Assembly: GCA_045837725.1 (NCBI GenBank)
Contig: JBEWZL010000302.1
Coordinates: forward strand, 496,001 to 523,904
Direction: 5' to 3'
Length of the DNA stretch: 27,904 bases
Origin: Vermamoeba vermiformis
Taxonomy: Eukaryota
The translations under genes and the position numbers were made by a program. Below, piece after piece: positions 12,108-23,265 of this stretch. The notes beneath the pieces were generated by a model. That model was not told where the DNA came from, did no database searches, and saw only the letters and a list, made by a program, of their open reading frames with translations. Position 1 is the first letter of the stretch. Each line of letters opens with the position of its first letter.

Positions 12108-14210
12108 ATGTATCTCAAGCTAACAGCCGTATTTGTGACGGTCGCTCTGCTCGTTTTCAGCGCTTTCGCTGACGACGACGCTGCTAGAACCCAGAAAACC
12201 TTGGATAGTAAGCTTGTTTTTACAACCACATTACTCAGATTTTAGTTACTAACTTTCCGTTTAATTTCAGATTTTTTCAAGGCCACCGAAACTTTAAACT
12301 GTGATCTGTGGGTCGACCAATTTGCCGACGATTACGTTATTCAGGATCCTGCTGATAGCCCGCCATTCAGTGGTACCAAGGCTCAATTGATGGAGAGTTG
12401 CTTGGAAGGAAATCCTAAGACTTTTGCTTGGATGAACGTTACCACTCAATACTTTATTACCGGCCTTTCTGCCTCTGCTCGCTGGAACGTGGCCGGAAAG
12501 AGCAAGGACGGCTGCCCCTTGACTTTCGGTAATATTTACCGCTCTTCACCAATGCCGTTAAATAAGTGCAATACTTAAATTTTTCTGAATAGGCGGAGTT
12601 GATTCATTCGTATTAAACAAGGCCGGAAAGATTAAGCAGCTTACTGGTTATTGGGATCCTTCTCAGATGCAAACTCAGCTTCTGTAAGTCAGCATCTGGA
12701 TTTTTGCCGTTTATGGAAAATTTTTATTTTGTTAACAAATTTATGTAGGTGCTCTAACCACACCAAGAAATTGTATGCCCGTACGATGGAGGTTTACTCG
12801 TACATCCATCAATTGGATGCCGATAAATGGGCCGCTCAATTTGTTCCCGATGCAGTTATGAGCTGCCCTATGTCCGCTCCCGCATATCATGGCCGCGAAG
12901 CTATCAGGTAATTACTTTATATAATGTAAATTTAACTTTAAGTCTGAAATCGCGTCAATCACCGGTAATCAGGTAAATATCTCGGTTATTTTTAACCTAT
13001 TCCAAATTTAGAGCTTACGCACAAACCGCTTTCTCGAACTACGATTACTACGATTACGTCATTACTAAGGACTTCGTTGTTGACGGTCAATCTGTTGTTT
13101 TCTGGCGTGTTGGTATGCCACCCGCAAACACTTTGAATTTCTTGCTGAACTTTTTCAATAGCTTCTGCCTCTTACCTTGGTTGCCGCATCAAGCTTTTGG
13201 CCTACAACACTATTATATACGACGAAGATCTTCAAATTACTGAGTGGCGCGATTACTTCGACGTAACCGAAGAGATCTCTCAGATGGTGAATTGCGAGAA
13301 TGGAACTAACCGCCCCGTTGCTCCTGTTTGGCCCAGCACTTTCGAGTCTGATTTCACTGGTAAGTCATGACGCTATTGTACTATCAACGACTAACAGCGA
13401 TTAGTTGAATTGGACATGTGGCCTGGCTTCGTTTCCAAGGGTCACTTGTGGTACGACTGGACCACTCGCTCGCAACGTGCCGACTACATCGGTAAGTCTT
13501 TTCAACCTGCTATATGCTCTTGCTAATCGAGGTAGACTGGTGCTTGCCTCTCACCGATCAATTGCCTCCCTTCATGAACTACACTTGCACGTACATCATG
13601 CGCGATCACACCACTTACTACATTGACAAGATCAACCCCGCCAAGCCCACTTGCTGCGTCTTTGATAACAGTACGTGTTTACATTCAATTTTTAGTGTTC
13701 CTGTGCTAATTTTCGTTGCTTTTAGACCTCCCTCCTCCAGTTCCTGACTTCGCATCCGGCATGACTTACAACGGCACAACTACCGTCGATGGCCAATTGG
13801 TCTCTTCTTGGTACTTGTTGGGCCCCTTCCCCTACGGTCCTTTCTATTACTGGGCCTCGGTGCAAAACAACTTACCCGTCAAGTTCAAGGGTCCCACTAC
13901 TCTCAACCAAACCACGCTCTCCTACAAGACTGTCAACATTCACCCCATTCCTACCGAAGCTTTTGCAGTCCCCGCTGATTGCACCAAGATTTGCGAGGTT
14001 CCCAACGACACTCCTGTAGACGGTTCCAAGCCTGCTCGAGTTCACCACCGCATGCACCACAACCACGTGCCTCATGCCTCGACCACGTCTCACAAGTCTT
14101 CTGGCAGTTCGGAAACCACAGTTGACGATCATGTGCACGACAATGTGAATCCTCATGACTATGCTAACGCTGCCCCTCAGCAATACTACACTGCCCACCA
14201 CGATGAATAG
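12108..14210 (+). CDS. Secreted protein: two SnoaL/NTF2-like domains + LolA-fold (ependymin-related/VioE-like) domain + His-rich tail
   Basis: Signal peptide MYLKLTAVFVTVALLVFSAFA. SnoaL repeats WVDQFADDYVIQDP...GKIKQLTGYWD and WAAQFVPDAVMSCP..YHGREAIR...ITEWRDYFD. From ~13313 PVWPSTFESDF..GHLWYDWTTRSQRADY..CC..PPVPDF..TYNGTTTVDG..LPVKF..FAVPADC. Tail contains HHRMHHNH. Confidence 0.8.
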
Positions 14211-14418
14211 ATCTTGTAGGCGGAAAGTACCGCGATAGTTAAATAATTCGTTATTTAGCTGTTTGTCAATTCTTGCCCGAAAGACTACGTTATAATGGCA
14301 TTGGTTAAAGTTTTAAATCAAACATCCAAATCTCCGCTTTTGCTAATTTTGGCAATCACGTGCGACCTAACACTAATTTTAGAGTTTTGGCAAACGATTT
14401 ACTTTTGAAAATCGCGAC

Positions 14419-17400
14419 ATGACGGCAACCACAAAGCCCATTGATTTGGACGAGCTCTTCCCAAAATACCTTGGGAGCCGCCAAGAAAAAGCTCGATTGG
14501 CCCTTTTGGGTCAGCCTGGCTTGATCTTCAAAAGTTACGACATGACCGGAAGCTACAAATATTTAAATATCAAGACCAAAAGAATGCTATCCGTCGAGAA
14601 CCGAGGTTTATTGAAGATCCATAAACTTTCGTATCCGTGGATCGTAACAATTCACCAGAAAGATAAGACAAATGACGAGATACAATTACACAATGTGGAA
14701 ACGGAGCAGACGAAGCGAGCAAGTTTAACACTTGGAGAAGGCGAGACGTGCAGCGTGCTTCTTTGTAACAGTTCTGGCATCCTTATCGTTACCGATAAAC
14801 AATTTTATTTTATCAATTATGCCACATTCGGCGAAGACAAACCTCGCACGATTGCTTTATCGAGCACAAAATTGCTTGAGAGGGCATCCAACCAATTTTC
14901 CGCTATCGAAGACAACAAAGCACTCATCGCAAACGGATGGCAGTTTCAACTTTGGGACATCGAGACAGGCAAATGCCTGAATACGGCAAATTTAGAGCGC
15001 GAAGAAGACCCAATGCCGTTCCAAATTCTCAGTCTGCGAGATGGGGTGGTGATCGGAAGCACTCTCAAAAAGCTTTACATGTGGACTGATTCAGGTAAAA
15101 TATCAAAAATTAATTAATTTAGGAATTTATTACACGTATTGGTTGACATTTTAGACGTCAATTTTTAAATTGAAATCAGTATTGAAAAAATCATCATTAA
15201 TTTTAATTTAAATTTTAACTTGCAGGCGTAAACTCAATCCAAATCCGCGATCCATGCTCTTGCTTCATTATAGATGATGGAAAATTATTCGTCGCAAGTA
15301 TTACCGGGCAGATCTCGGTTTACGAATTTCCAAAACCCGCCCTGGTGCGTGAGTTGAATGTTGGTGCTGCAGCTGGGATGAATTTTCTCGAGCAAATGCA
15401 AAGTAGCAGAATCAATGACTTGATTTACTTCGATGAAGTCCTATTTGCCATAACAGAAAACGGTATGACGGATGAGATCGCGAATTAGTTCCGAGTCTCA
15501 CACTTTTGCTCTCAGGCGACCTACAAGCGTGGAACACTACACAAGAAAACAGTACTGCTCCATTGAAGACGCAAACTTTGAAGGGAAAAGCGAAGAGAAT
15601 GATCAAACTCGACGGCAAGATCTATATTCTCGTCGTCCGCAAAGGCAAGCACGAAGAGCTGGTTCTCTACAATCCCCACGTCAAGAGATTGCTCGCCGCC
15701 AATGCAGTGTCCGCGAGCGCGAGCACGCCTTCTGTTGCTGCCGGTGAAGTGCGCAAGGACGGTTACTTGATGGTCAAGGCATACGACTCAAAGAAGGGCA
15801 AGCGACGATACGTGCAGCTCCGCGACAACATTTTGTACGAGTACTCATCGCCTAGCGTACGTAATTCTTTAGCACGATTGTATTATGCTAATCCTGAGGA
15901 CAGGACATCGCGCCACTTGGCACCTACGTGATGAGCCCTACTGCGAGCATTGAGGTCAGCGCCTCTAAAAAATCGAAACAAGGCTACGTCAGACTCCACT
16001 TGAACGACAAACAGTTCATTACTCTCAGCACTGATAACGCCGTCGAGGAAGACGAATGGTACAAGGCTCTGAATGCTTCCATCAAGGACTTGAAGTTCTC
16101 TTCGTTCGCGTACTCCGTGCCATTCACGAGCATTCAACTCGTGAAGGACGAGCGCGGTAATGTGATCAAGTTAGGCAAAGGAGCGGAGTCTTTAGTAGTG
16201 CGAGGTATGTTGATCACTATTTTTCGAAGCAAATCTAATGGTCTTCAAGCTTTGTTGAACGGTCGTGATGTTGCCGTGAAGCTTTTCAACCAGAACACTC
16301 CGTCAAAGATCTTCAAGAACGAAATCGAAATATTAAGGTACGTGCGGAGTACTTAGTGCAACTCAAGCTAACGGTATTTAGCGCGCTAAGACACCCGTGC
16401 ATTATGGAGCTTGTTGGTGCTTGCGTCAAGCAGCCCAACTTAGCACTCGTTCAGCCCTTGATGCTCCGAGGTTCATTGTATGACGCCCTTCACGGAGCCA
16501 AGAAGCTTGATCCCACGAAGTACACGTGGAAGTTGTACTTGAAGATTGCAAATGACATTGCTTCAGGTAAGTCAAATGCCTCTCTTTGGCGTTTATTCAA
16601 TAAACTAACGCGTCGTTGCAGCAATGAACTACCTGCACAACTTCACGTTGAACAACGTCAAACAGCCGATCATCCATCGTGATTTGAAACCTTCCAATTT
16701 GCTGGTCAACTCTTTGGATGCAGACAGCAATGCCGTGACAGTTAAATTGACCGATTTTGGTATCAGTGCTATTGATGCCAAGACTGAGACCAGCTCGAGC
16801 GGCACAACTGCGTACATGGCACCTGAAGTTCAAGAGCGTGGTGAGAGCGTGACCAAGTCCGATGTGTACAGCTTTGGCATTGTTTTATGGGAGATGCTCA
16901 CGCAAGCGGTGCCCCCTACTGTCAAGCGAGTCGCGTACGTATTGTGATTGCTGCTGAAGTGATCATACTAACCACAGTGACAGTAACGAGCACGCAAGGA
17001 GTATCGCCCCGAATTCATTCCCCGAGTATGCGCCTGCGGAATTAGTTTCGCTCATTCGAGGTACCAAACAACACAATGTGTTTAAGGCCGCTAACAGCTA
17101 TTTTAGAATGCACGTCCGTGTCACCGAACATGAGACCTACTTTCGAGGGTGTCATTGAACGTCTTATGGATTGCACTGTGGCAATGATTTCCAGCAACAG
17201 AATCAACGAGCCAGTGACCTCGCCAGCCACCGCCAATCAAAGTGCTACCAGCGGTTTGGTCATTCCCAACAAGCTCTACGGTCGCGAGCCTGAAATCAAG
17301 TCCGTATTGAAGGCATTCGATCGCTTCAAGAACGGAGCCAAGGAAATTCTGTTTATTAAGGGCTATGCTGGCATTGGCAAGTCCTCCTTCATTGAGAAGA

Positions 17401-20400
17401 TGAGTCAGTACGCTTCGACCCGTGGGTACGTCTGCAATGGTAAATGGACTCAACAACAGCGCCGCATCCCATACTTTGCCATCACTCAGGCATTGAGTGG
17501 CCTACTGAGATCAAAAGCGAAGACTTGGACTGACGAGGAGAAGCTCAATTGGAAGAACAAGTTCTTATACGTTTTTGAGGAAACATCTCGCCGCGTTCTT
17601 TTCGAGTTGGTCCCTGAAGCAAGGAAGATCGTGCACACTGCTGCGGAGACTACCGATTCTTTGGATGAAAGCGGCAGCGGCCCTGATATGGCCAATATCA
17701 GCAAGGACAAGTTCAACTACACCTTGGTTACGTTCTTCAAGATGCTCGCTACCAGTGAACATCCTCTGATCATTGCTTTGGACGACTTGCAATGGGCCGA
17801 TAGCGCAAGCTTTGATTTGATTACTGCTTTGTTCACCGATCCTTCGCTCAAGTACTTGCTGCTTGTTGGCACATACCGTGATAATGAAATTTCATCGAAG
17901 CATGGTCTGTTGGTAAGTGTAGAAGTTGCTTCTTGATCCACTGATCTAACTTTTCGTGCAGAATGCTCTTCAAGACATTAACGCAGCGCACATTACTTCA
18001 GTTGTCGAGGTTCGATTGCCACAGTTACAAAGCGATAGCGTGTTCAGAATGTTGTGCGATACCTTTAATGTCAAGTCTACTGACAAGAGTGAGCGTGGCG
18101 AGTTGACGGAGTTGGCAAGCATTGTCACCACTAAGACATTCGGCAATCCATTCTTCATTCATCAGTTCTTGCAAAGTTTGTTCTTAGATAAGCTCGTCAA
18201 TATCGACGCTCAACACCGTTGGTCTTGGAACTTGAAAGAAATCAAGGCATCAAAGGCCACCGACAACGTGTCCAGTATTGTTACGAAGAACATCAATGGC
18301 TTGTCTAAGAAGGCCATTCAATTACTCCGTCTCGCCAGCCACCTGACTTCCACATTCACGAGCAAAGTCCTTGCTGTGCTTAGCGTAGTTCAGCCAGAAA
18401 GCAAGTCTGTCTCGAAGCCATCGAGTGACGAGGTCAAGACTGTTGAAGAAGTATTGTCGGAGGCCGTGCAAAAGGGCTTGCTGTTCCTGAAGTCCAAGCA
18501 CACGTACAAGTTCGAGCACGACGAGATTCAACAAGTTCTGTATGGAATGATCGACAAGAACGAAAAGCAATCCACGCACTACGCTATTGGTCGCGCCTTC
18601 AACAAGATCATTCACTCAAGCAGTTTGGCCAAGAGCTTCCCTACGATCAGCTTGTTTGAAACCGTGCATCAACTTAATGCCGGAGCAGAGTTGATCAAAG
18701 ACCAATCCGAGTTCATTCAGCTCGCGCAACTCAACTTGGAGGCAGCAAAGATTGCCATTCACAAGATGATCGCGTTCGAGTCCGCCTACGGATTCTTGCA
18801 AGCTGCTATGAAGTATTTGGACCTGGAAAAAGGAAAGGGAACTAACGAGAAGGTTCACTGGAATCTCAACTACGAACTCTGCTTCTCAATCTATTTCGAG
18901 CTCCTCCACTGCGAGATTAATCAAGGTTTATTGAACGATGCTGAAGCTACCATCGAGTACTTATTCCAGAAGGTCGACAACAAGAACAAATTGCAAAAGG
19001 CTCGCTTGTACGAGATGAAGGTGCACTTGCAAGAGTCCAAATACCAACCCTTGGAAGCGTGTCAAACTGCGCTGGACTGCCTTAACTACTTGGGCATCTT
19101 ACCGGAGAAGACAATCGTCTTCGCGCTGCTTCAAAATCCCGCGCCTGTGTTCGCACTTGCCCAACAGGTCGATGCCTCCAAGATATCTCAAGCTGAGTTG
19201 CGTGCACGCGCTGCGAGATCGTTCGTTCAGCAAGTCACTCCCGAAGTCGATTTGGCCAACAGAGTTCTGCTCACCGCAATGATTTCAGGTAATTACTCGA
19301 ATGTCCGTAAATAACAGTACTAACAGAGTGTTGAATAGCGATTCTGAGTGGTATCGTCCCCGTGTCCAGTTTGTTCTCCCTATTATGGATGAAACTGATG
19401 CTCGAGAATCCCGGCTTAAAGGTGTCGCCTTATGCTCTCTTCGTCTACTCTTCGTATTGCATCAACTTCCGTGGCGATATGAACACGGCCGTTGATCTTA
19501 CACGCTTGGCATACAACCTCCTTCAAGACAGCAACGACCCTCATCGCGCCATTGCTTTGCTCAACACGGCCACGTACTTGGGTTTCAGAATGTTCCCGTA
19601 CAAGGACGTGCTCGTTAGCATGAACAAGGTCTACGAAATGGCCACTGAAGACGGTGCATTTGCCAGCGTTGGTTACGCGTGCATTCACGAGGTGTACATC
19701 ATGGTGATGGGCGGTGAGAATGTCTCACAAGCTATCGTCAAAGCCGAGAAATGGAAGGTCCTTATGCTTGCCAAGAGAAACTTCTTCATTGTGTTTGGTA
19801 TCAACATCTCATTGGCTATCTTGAAGCTATTGCGCGGCGACACGCTACACAACGATACTCTTACCTTCGAGGGTTTCAGTCAAGAGGAAACTGAAAGGGG
19901 TTTGACCCACATGCCTCCAGTTGCAGTGTTCACGTATTTAGTGTACAAGATGTTTGCCAAGGTAAGCGCAATTGTAGTGTCGATCAACAGCCCAACTAAC
20001 GAGCGAACCTAGTGTCTATTCAATCGCTGGGAAGAGGCCTATGAAATCCAGAAGCGCATTATCGCGGAGTGCGAGAACCCCATTAAGGGTTTCTTGTTTT
20101 ACGCGTTCTGGCTGTTCTTGGCTGCCCTAGTACCGCTCAAGCTGTACAAGAAGAATGTAACTTCAAAGACCAAGCGTCACGAGTACAGCGCGTTGTTTGA
20201 TGACTACATGAAGGTAGCTGCATAATGACAGTCTTATATACCTCGGTACTAATTAAATACGGTTATTAGCGCTTGAAGGAGTACGAGATGGGCGGTCAAA
20301 ATATTCAACACTGGCTGGACTTGTTGCACGCTGAAGAGCTTGCAAATTCGTTCTATCGACACCGCAAGCGAGTGTCCGTGCCATCGTCGACTAGCTTGAC

Positions 20401-21645
20401 GAGCAGTTCATCTAGCGCTGGTTCTCCTCTCCCTACAAACTCCTCGCCTAGTCTCACCCGAAAGGATGCCAAGACCAATCTTCAAGAAAAGAGCGAAAAG
20501 TCACACTTGAAGTATCTAGAGGCCACGCACTACTATAACAAGAGCAAAGAGCATGCCATCAAAGTTGGCAGCTTGGTATTTGCTGGATGGGCCGCGGAGT
20601 TCTGTGCTGACTTCTGCACCGACTTGGGCTGGGAAAGCATGACACGTGTTTATGCTTACGACGCGTTCAAACTCTACGAAGAGGCTTCTGCATCAAGCAA
20701 AGTTGAACACATCAAGAGCAATTACGACGATGTCCTTGCCGAGTTCACGAAAATCATTGGCACAACAGAGTCGAGCAGTGCTGTCGATGAAAGTTCTGTC
20801 AACCCTCATAGCATTCTACTCCTCAAGCAGTTTGGTCGTAACTTAATGTCACAAGTCAGAAATGAGACTAAAAACCCTAGCCTTCGTGATGCTATCGATG
20901 TGTACTCCGATTACATCACGAACATGGATCTTGCCTCGCTGACGACAGACTCAAGCGAGTTAAGTTCAGCAAGCAGCACGATCTCAACCAGCTTGGAGAC
21001 GTCGCGAAGCACGGTAAGTTGCAACCACGAATAATTAAGTGCATTCGTTTTACTGACAAGTCTCTTAGGAAATTCAAGTTGAAAAAGAGCTCGCAAGCAC
21101 GCTGAACATGGTCAAACTAATTCAGCAGGTGTCAAATCCTGATGTCGATATTACACACTCGCTCAGCTTATTGATCCCCAACAACATTTGTCTCCCGTTG
21201 CTCTTGACGCCTGCTAATTTCAAAGAAATCATTACGATTTACACGGTCGCTTTCATAGTGAACTTCGGTCAGCATCCCAAGTATCACCTGGCTTTATTCT
21301 TGTACGTACTATCAGCTTTAATTGTTAACTCTGGCTAATTAATTACTTTCAGAGAGCCTAGTGCTGAACTGCGAATAGTGTTCCAGCTAACGGACTTTAT
21401 CCCGAAAGAAACATCTGTGCCTCTCCAGGGCGAGACTGCCGATGTGCCTGTTGGAGTTAAAAACTCATTACGACCAAGTAAGTTGCTTGCTTTGTTATTG
21501 TTTGAACAAAAACTAATGCCACTTTACAGTTGAGCAATTGTTGGATAGTGTTCAAGCAGAGTTCAGCTATTGTCGTGTGGTTAGAGATCAATACATTCAG
21601 CATGTGCTCAAGATGACTTGTGCTTTCCATGCTTCAGACAAATAA
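14419..21645 (+). CDS. Large multidomain protein: WD40-like beta-propeller, PH, TKL protein kinase, STAND/AAA_16 NTPase, TPR-like helical region
   Basis: LWDIETGKCL-type repeats. PH: KDGYL..KRRY..EWYKAL (~15750-16090). Kinase motifs GKGAES, VAVK, HRDLKPSN, DFG, APE, SDVYSFG (~16160-17170). LYGREPE, Walker A GYAGIGKS, Walker B LDDLQWAD, GNPFF, FEHDEIQ. The exons checked join in frame through GT-AG introns to TAA at 21643-21645. Confidence 0.88.
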
Positions 21646-21983
21646 GACATTGCTTTGTAATAAATTATTTTTCATTGAATTGAGCCTATTAAAACACTCA
21701 AACAGTACACAATTTTCTTTTGAATGAGGTGGCTTCTCTTATCCCATTCAAAGGTCTGGGCTGTAAATCATCCCTAAGCCTTTATTTGATTTAGTAGTCT
21801 GTAATTAACAACTGACCAAAAGTTCATGTCAGACAATCAAGAACAAAACAAGCTGCCATGTAAAGAAAAACTGAATGAAGCCTTTCAGCCAAATGAACAT
21901 CTCAATTATCCAATTGACACACTGAAGGACTCTTGCTTGGGACCCAACTTTTTCCTGTGGGAACAGGTAATCTTCATGCAGTC

Positions 21984-22417
21984 TCAATCTGGATGCCTTT
22001 GATTTGATAGTCTATGGTTGGGGATGCAAAATGCAGTGGCAATTTTTTTTGGTGATGGATACCATGGAAAACAAAATGGCAACCATTTTGCCACCTGTTC
22101 ACTGTGGTAAACATGTACTTCAAGTGTTCTTAATTGATGCAGAACTTGATGGCACCAATTGATGTGCCAGGCTAGATGACATTCTTGCCGCTCTTGTCCT
22201 TGTCCCAAGGTGAAGGCATGTTGAGCATGAACATTACCAGCTGATGCAAGTGCACCTGGTACATCATTTTGCTGTGCTGATTGGTAATTGAAATGCTGGG
22301 CAAAAAGTTCAGCATAGGAATGATGCAGCCAGAGTCCAACAGGACTGTGTGGTCTGACAGGCTGTGGTAAAGTTTGCCTTGGAAAAAAACTTGGTCAGGT
22401 GTGTGGGATTTTGTCAA
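21984..22417 (-). pseudogene. Decayed His-Me finger (His-Cys box homing endonuclease-like) gene fragment
   Basis: Minus-strand reading VHLHQLV...KFCIN*EHL...VNRWQNGC with in-frame stops resembles the CxNPxHL...N..RNxC motif of zf-His_Me_endon proteins. It lies in a CpG-depleted tract. Confidence 0.45.
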
Positions 22418-23113
22418 ACCTTGCCAAGTTGTATGTGGGTATTGTATGGAATAAAAATAAAAAACTTAAGTAGGGAAGAAAAACGTTTTTTTCTATGGTG
22501 CCTCCTTCACCAAAGCTTGTAGTTAGCTCCACTCTCCTCCAACCTTTTTGCAAGCCTTATTCACTCAAGGAAGAACATGCTGCAATGTTTGGGGCAAACA
22601 TTAACTTTACTTATTTTAATTTCCTTCATGTTAGGTTGTTTTTACTTAATATAGGTTAATAACTGTTTATTATAGGTACATCAGTTTGACCTAATTTACT
22701 TGTGTGGTCTGTGCAAATAGAACTTGGGGTATCAAATCCTTCTTCATGCTTTTGACTCTGAGCTGGAGATTTGTGGTGAAGGACACTGCATCCAGTCTAA
22801 AGAACACCTGAGTGTGTATGCAAGATGTCTTACCTAGAGATCCAGAGTTGGATTGTTTCTCAGGGATAGGAGACTTCAGGAACTCATGGTCACTAGAAGA
22901 CAGTGGAAGATCCATCTGAGATGCGCCCAAGAAAGTGGTTGGCCTAGTCAGGATAAGGTACTTACATATCAGGATGAATGTCTTCTAGCTTCCTGATGAA
23001 TATTAAAAATTTAGTAAGCCAAGATCCACTCAAGATCGAGTACTGAAAAAAAGACAATTTGCTAAAAATAAACTGAGAGGAGGAAATATCGATTTCTAGT
23101 GCTTAATATACAT

Positions 23114-23141
23114 CAGTCGCGGCCAAAAGTATCGCCCCGTC
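23114..23141 (+). mobile_element. Possible left terminal inverted repeat of a Tc1/mariner-type element
   Basis: CAGTCGCGGCCAAAAGTAT resembles Tc1-like termini (CAGT..GGCCAAAA) and marks an abrupt return of CpG. It is not directly preceded by TA and no partner TIR was seen in the window. Confidence 0.35.
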
Positions 23142-23265
23142 ACTTGACTAGGGCCATTTCCGGTAGGAGAAAGTTTGCATGGCCAAAACGGGCGTTTATT
23201 ATCAGCATATGCTTATTATTTAGCATATGCTAAAATGTATCGAAAACATATGATGAACTAGATAT

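Noticed and set aside
7165-14210. Complete violacein operon or bacterial contaminant
   Set aside because: No VioA, VioC or VioD flavoprotein motifs in the window, and both genes are intron-rich.
212-21338. Many short overlapping or antisense ORFs in the track (e.g. 406-618, 6570-6920, 8012-8347, 13872-14201, 17121-17456)
   Set aside because: Shadow frames of the real spliced genes, with no motifs of their own.
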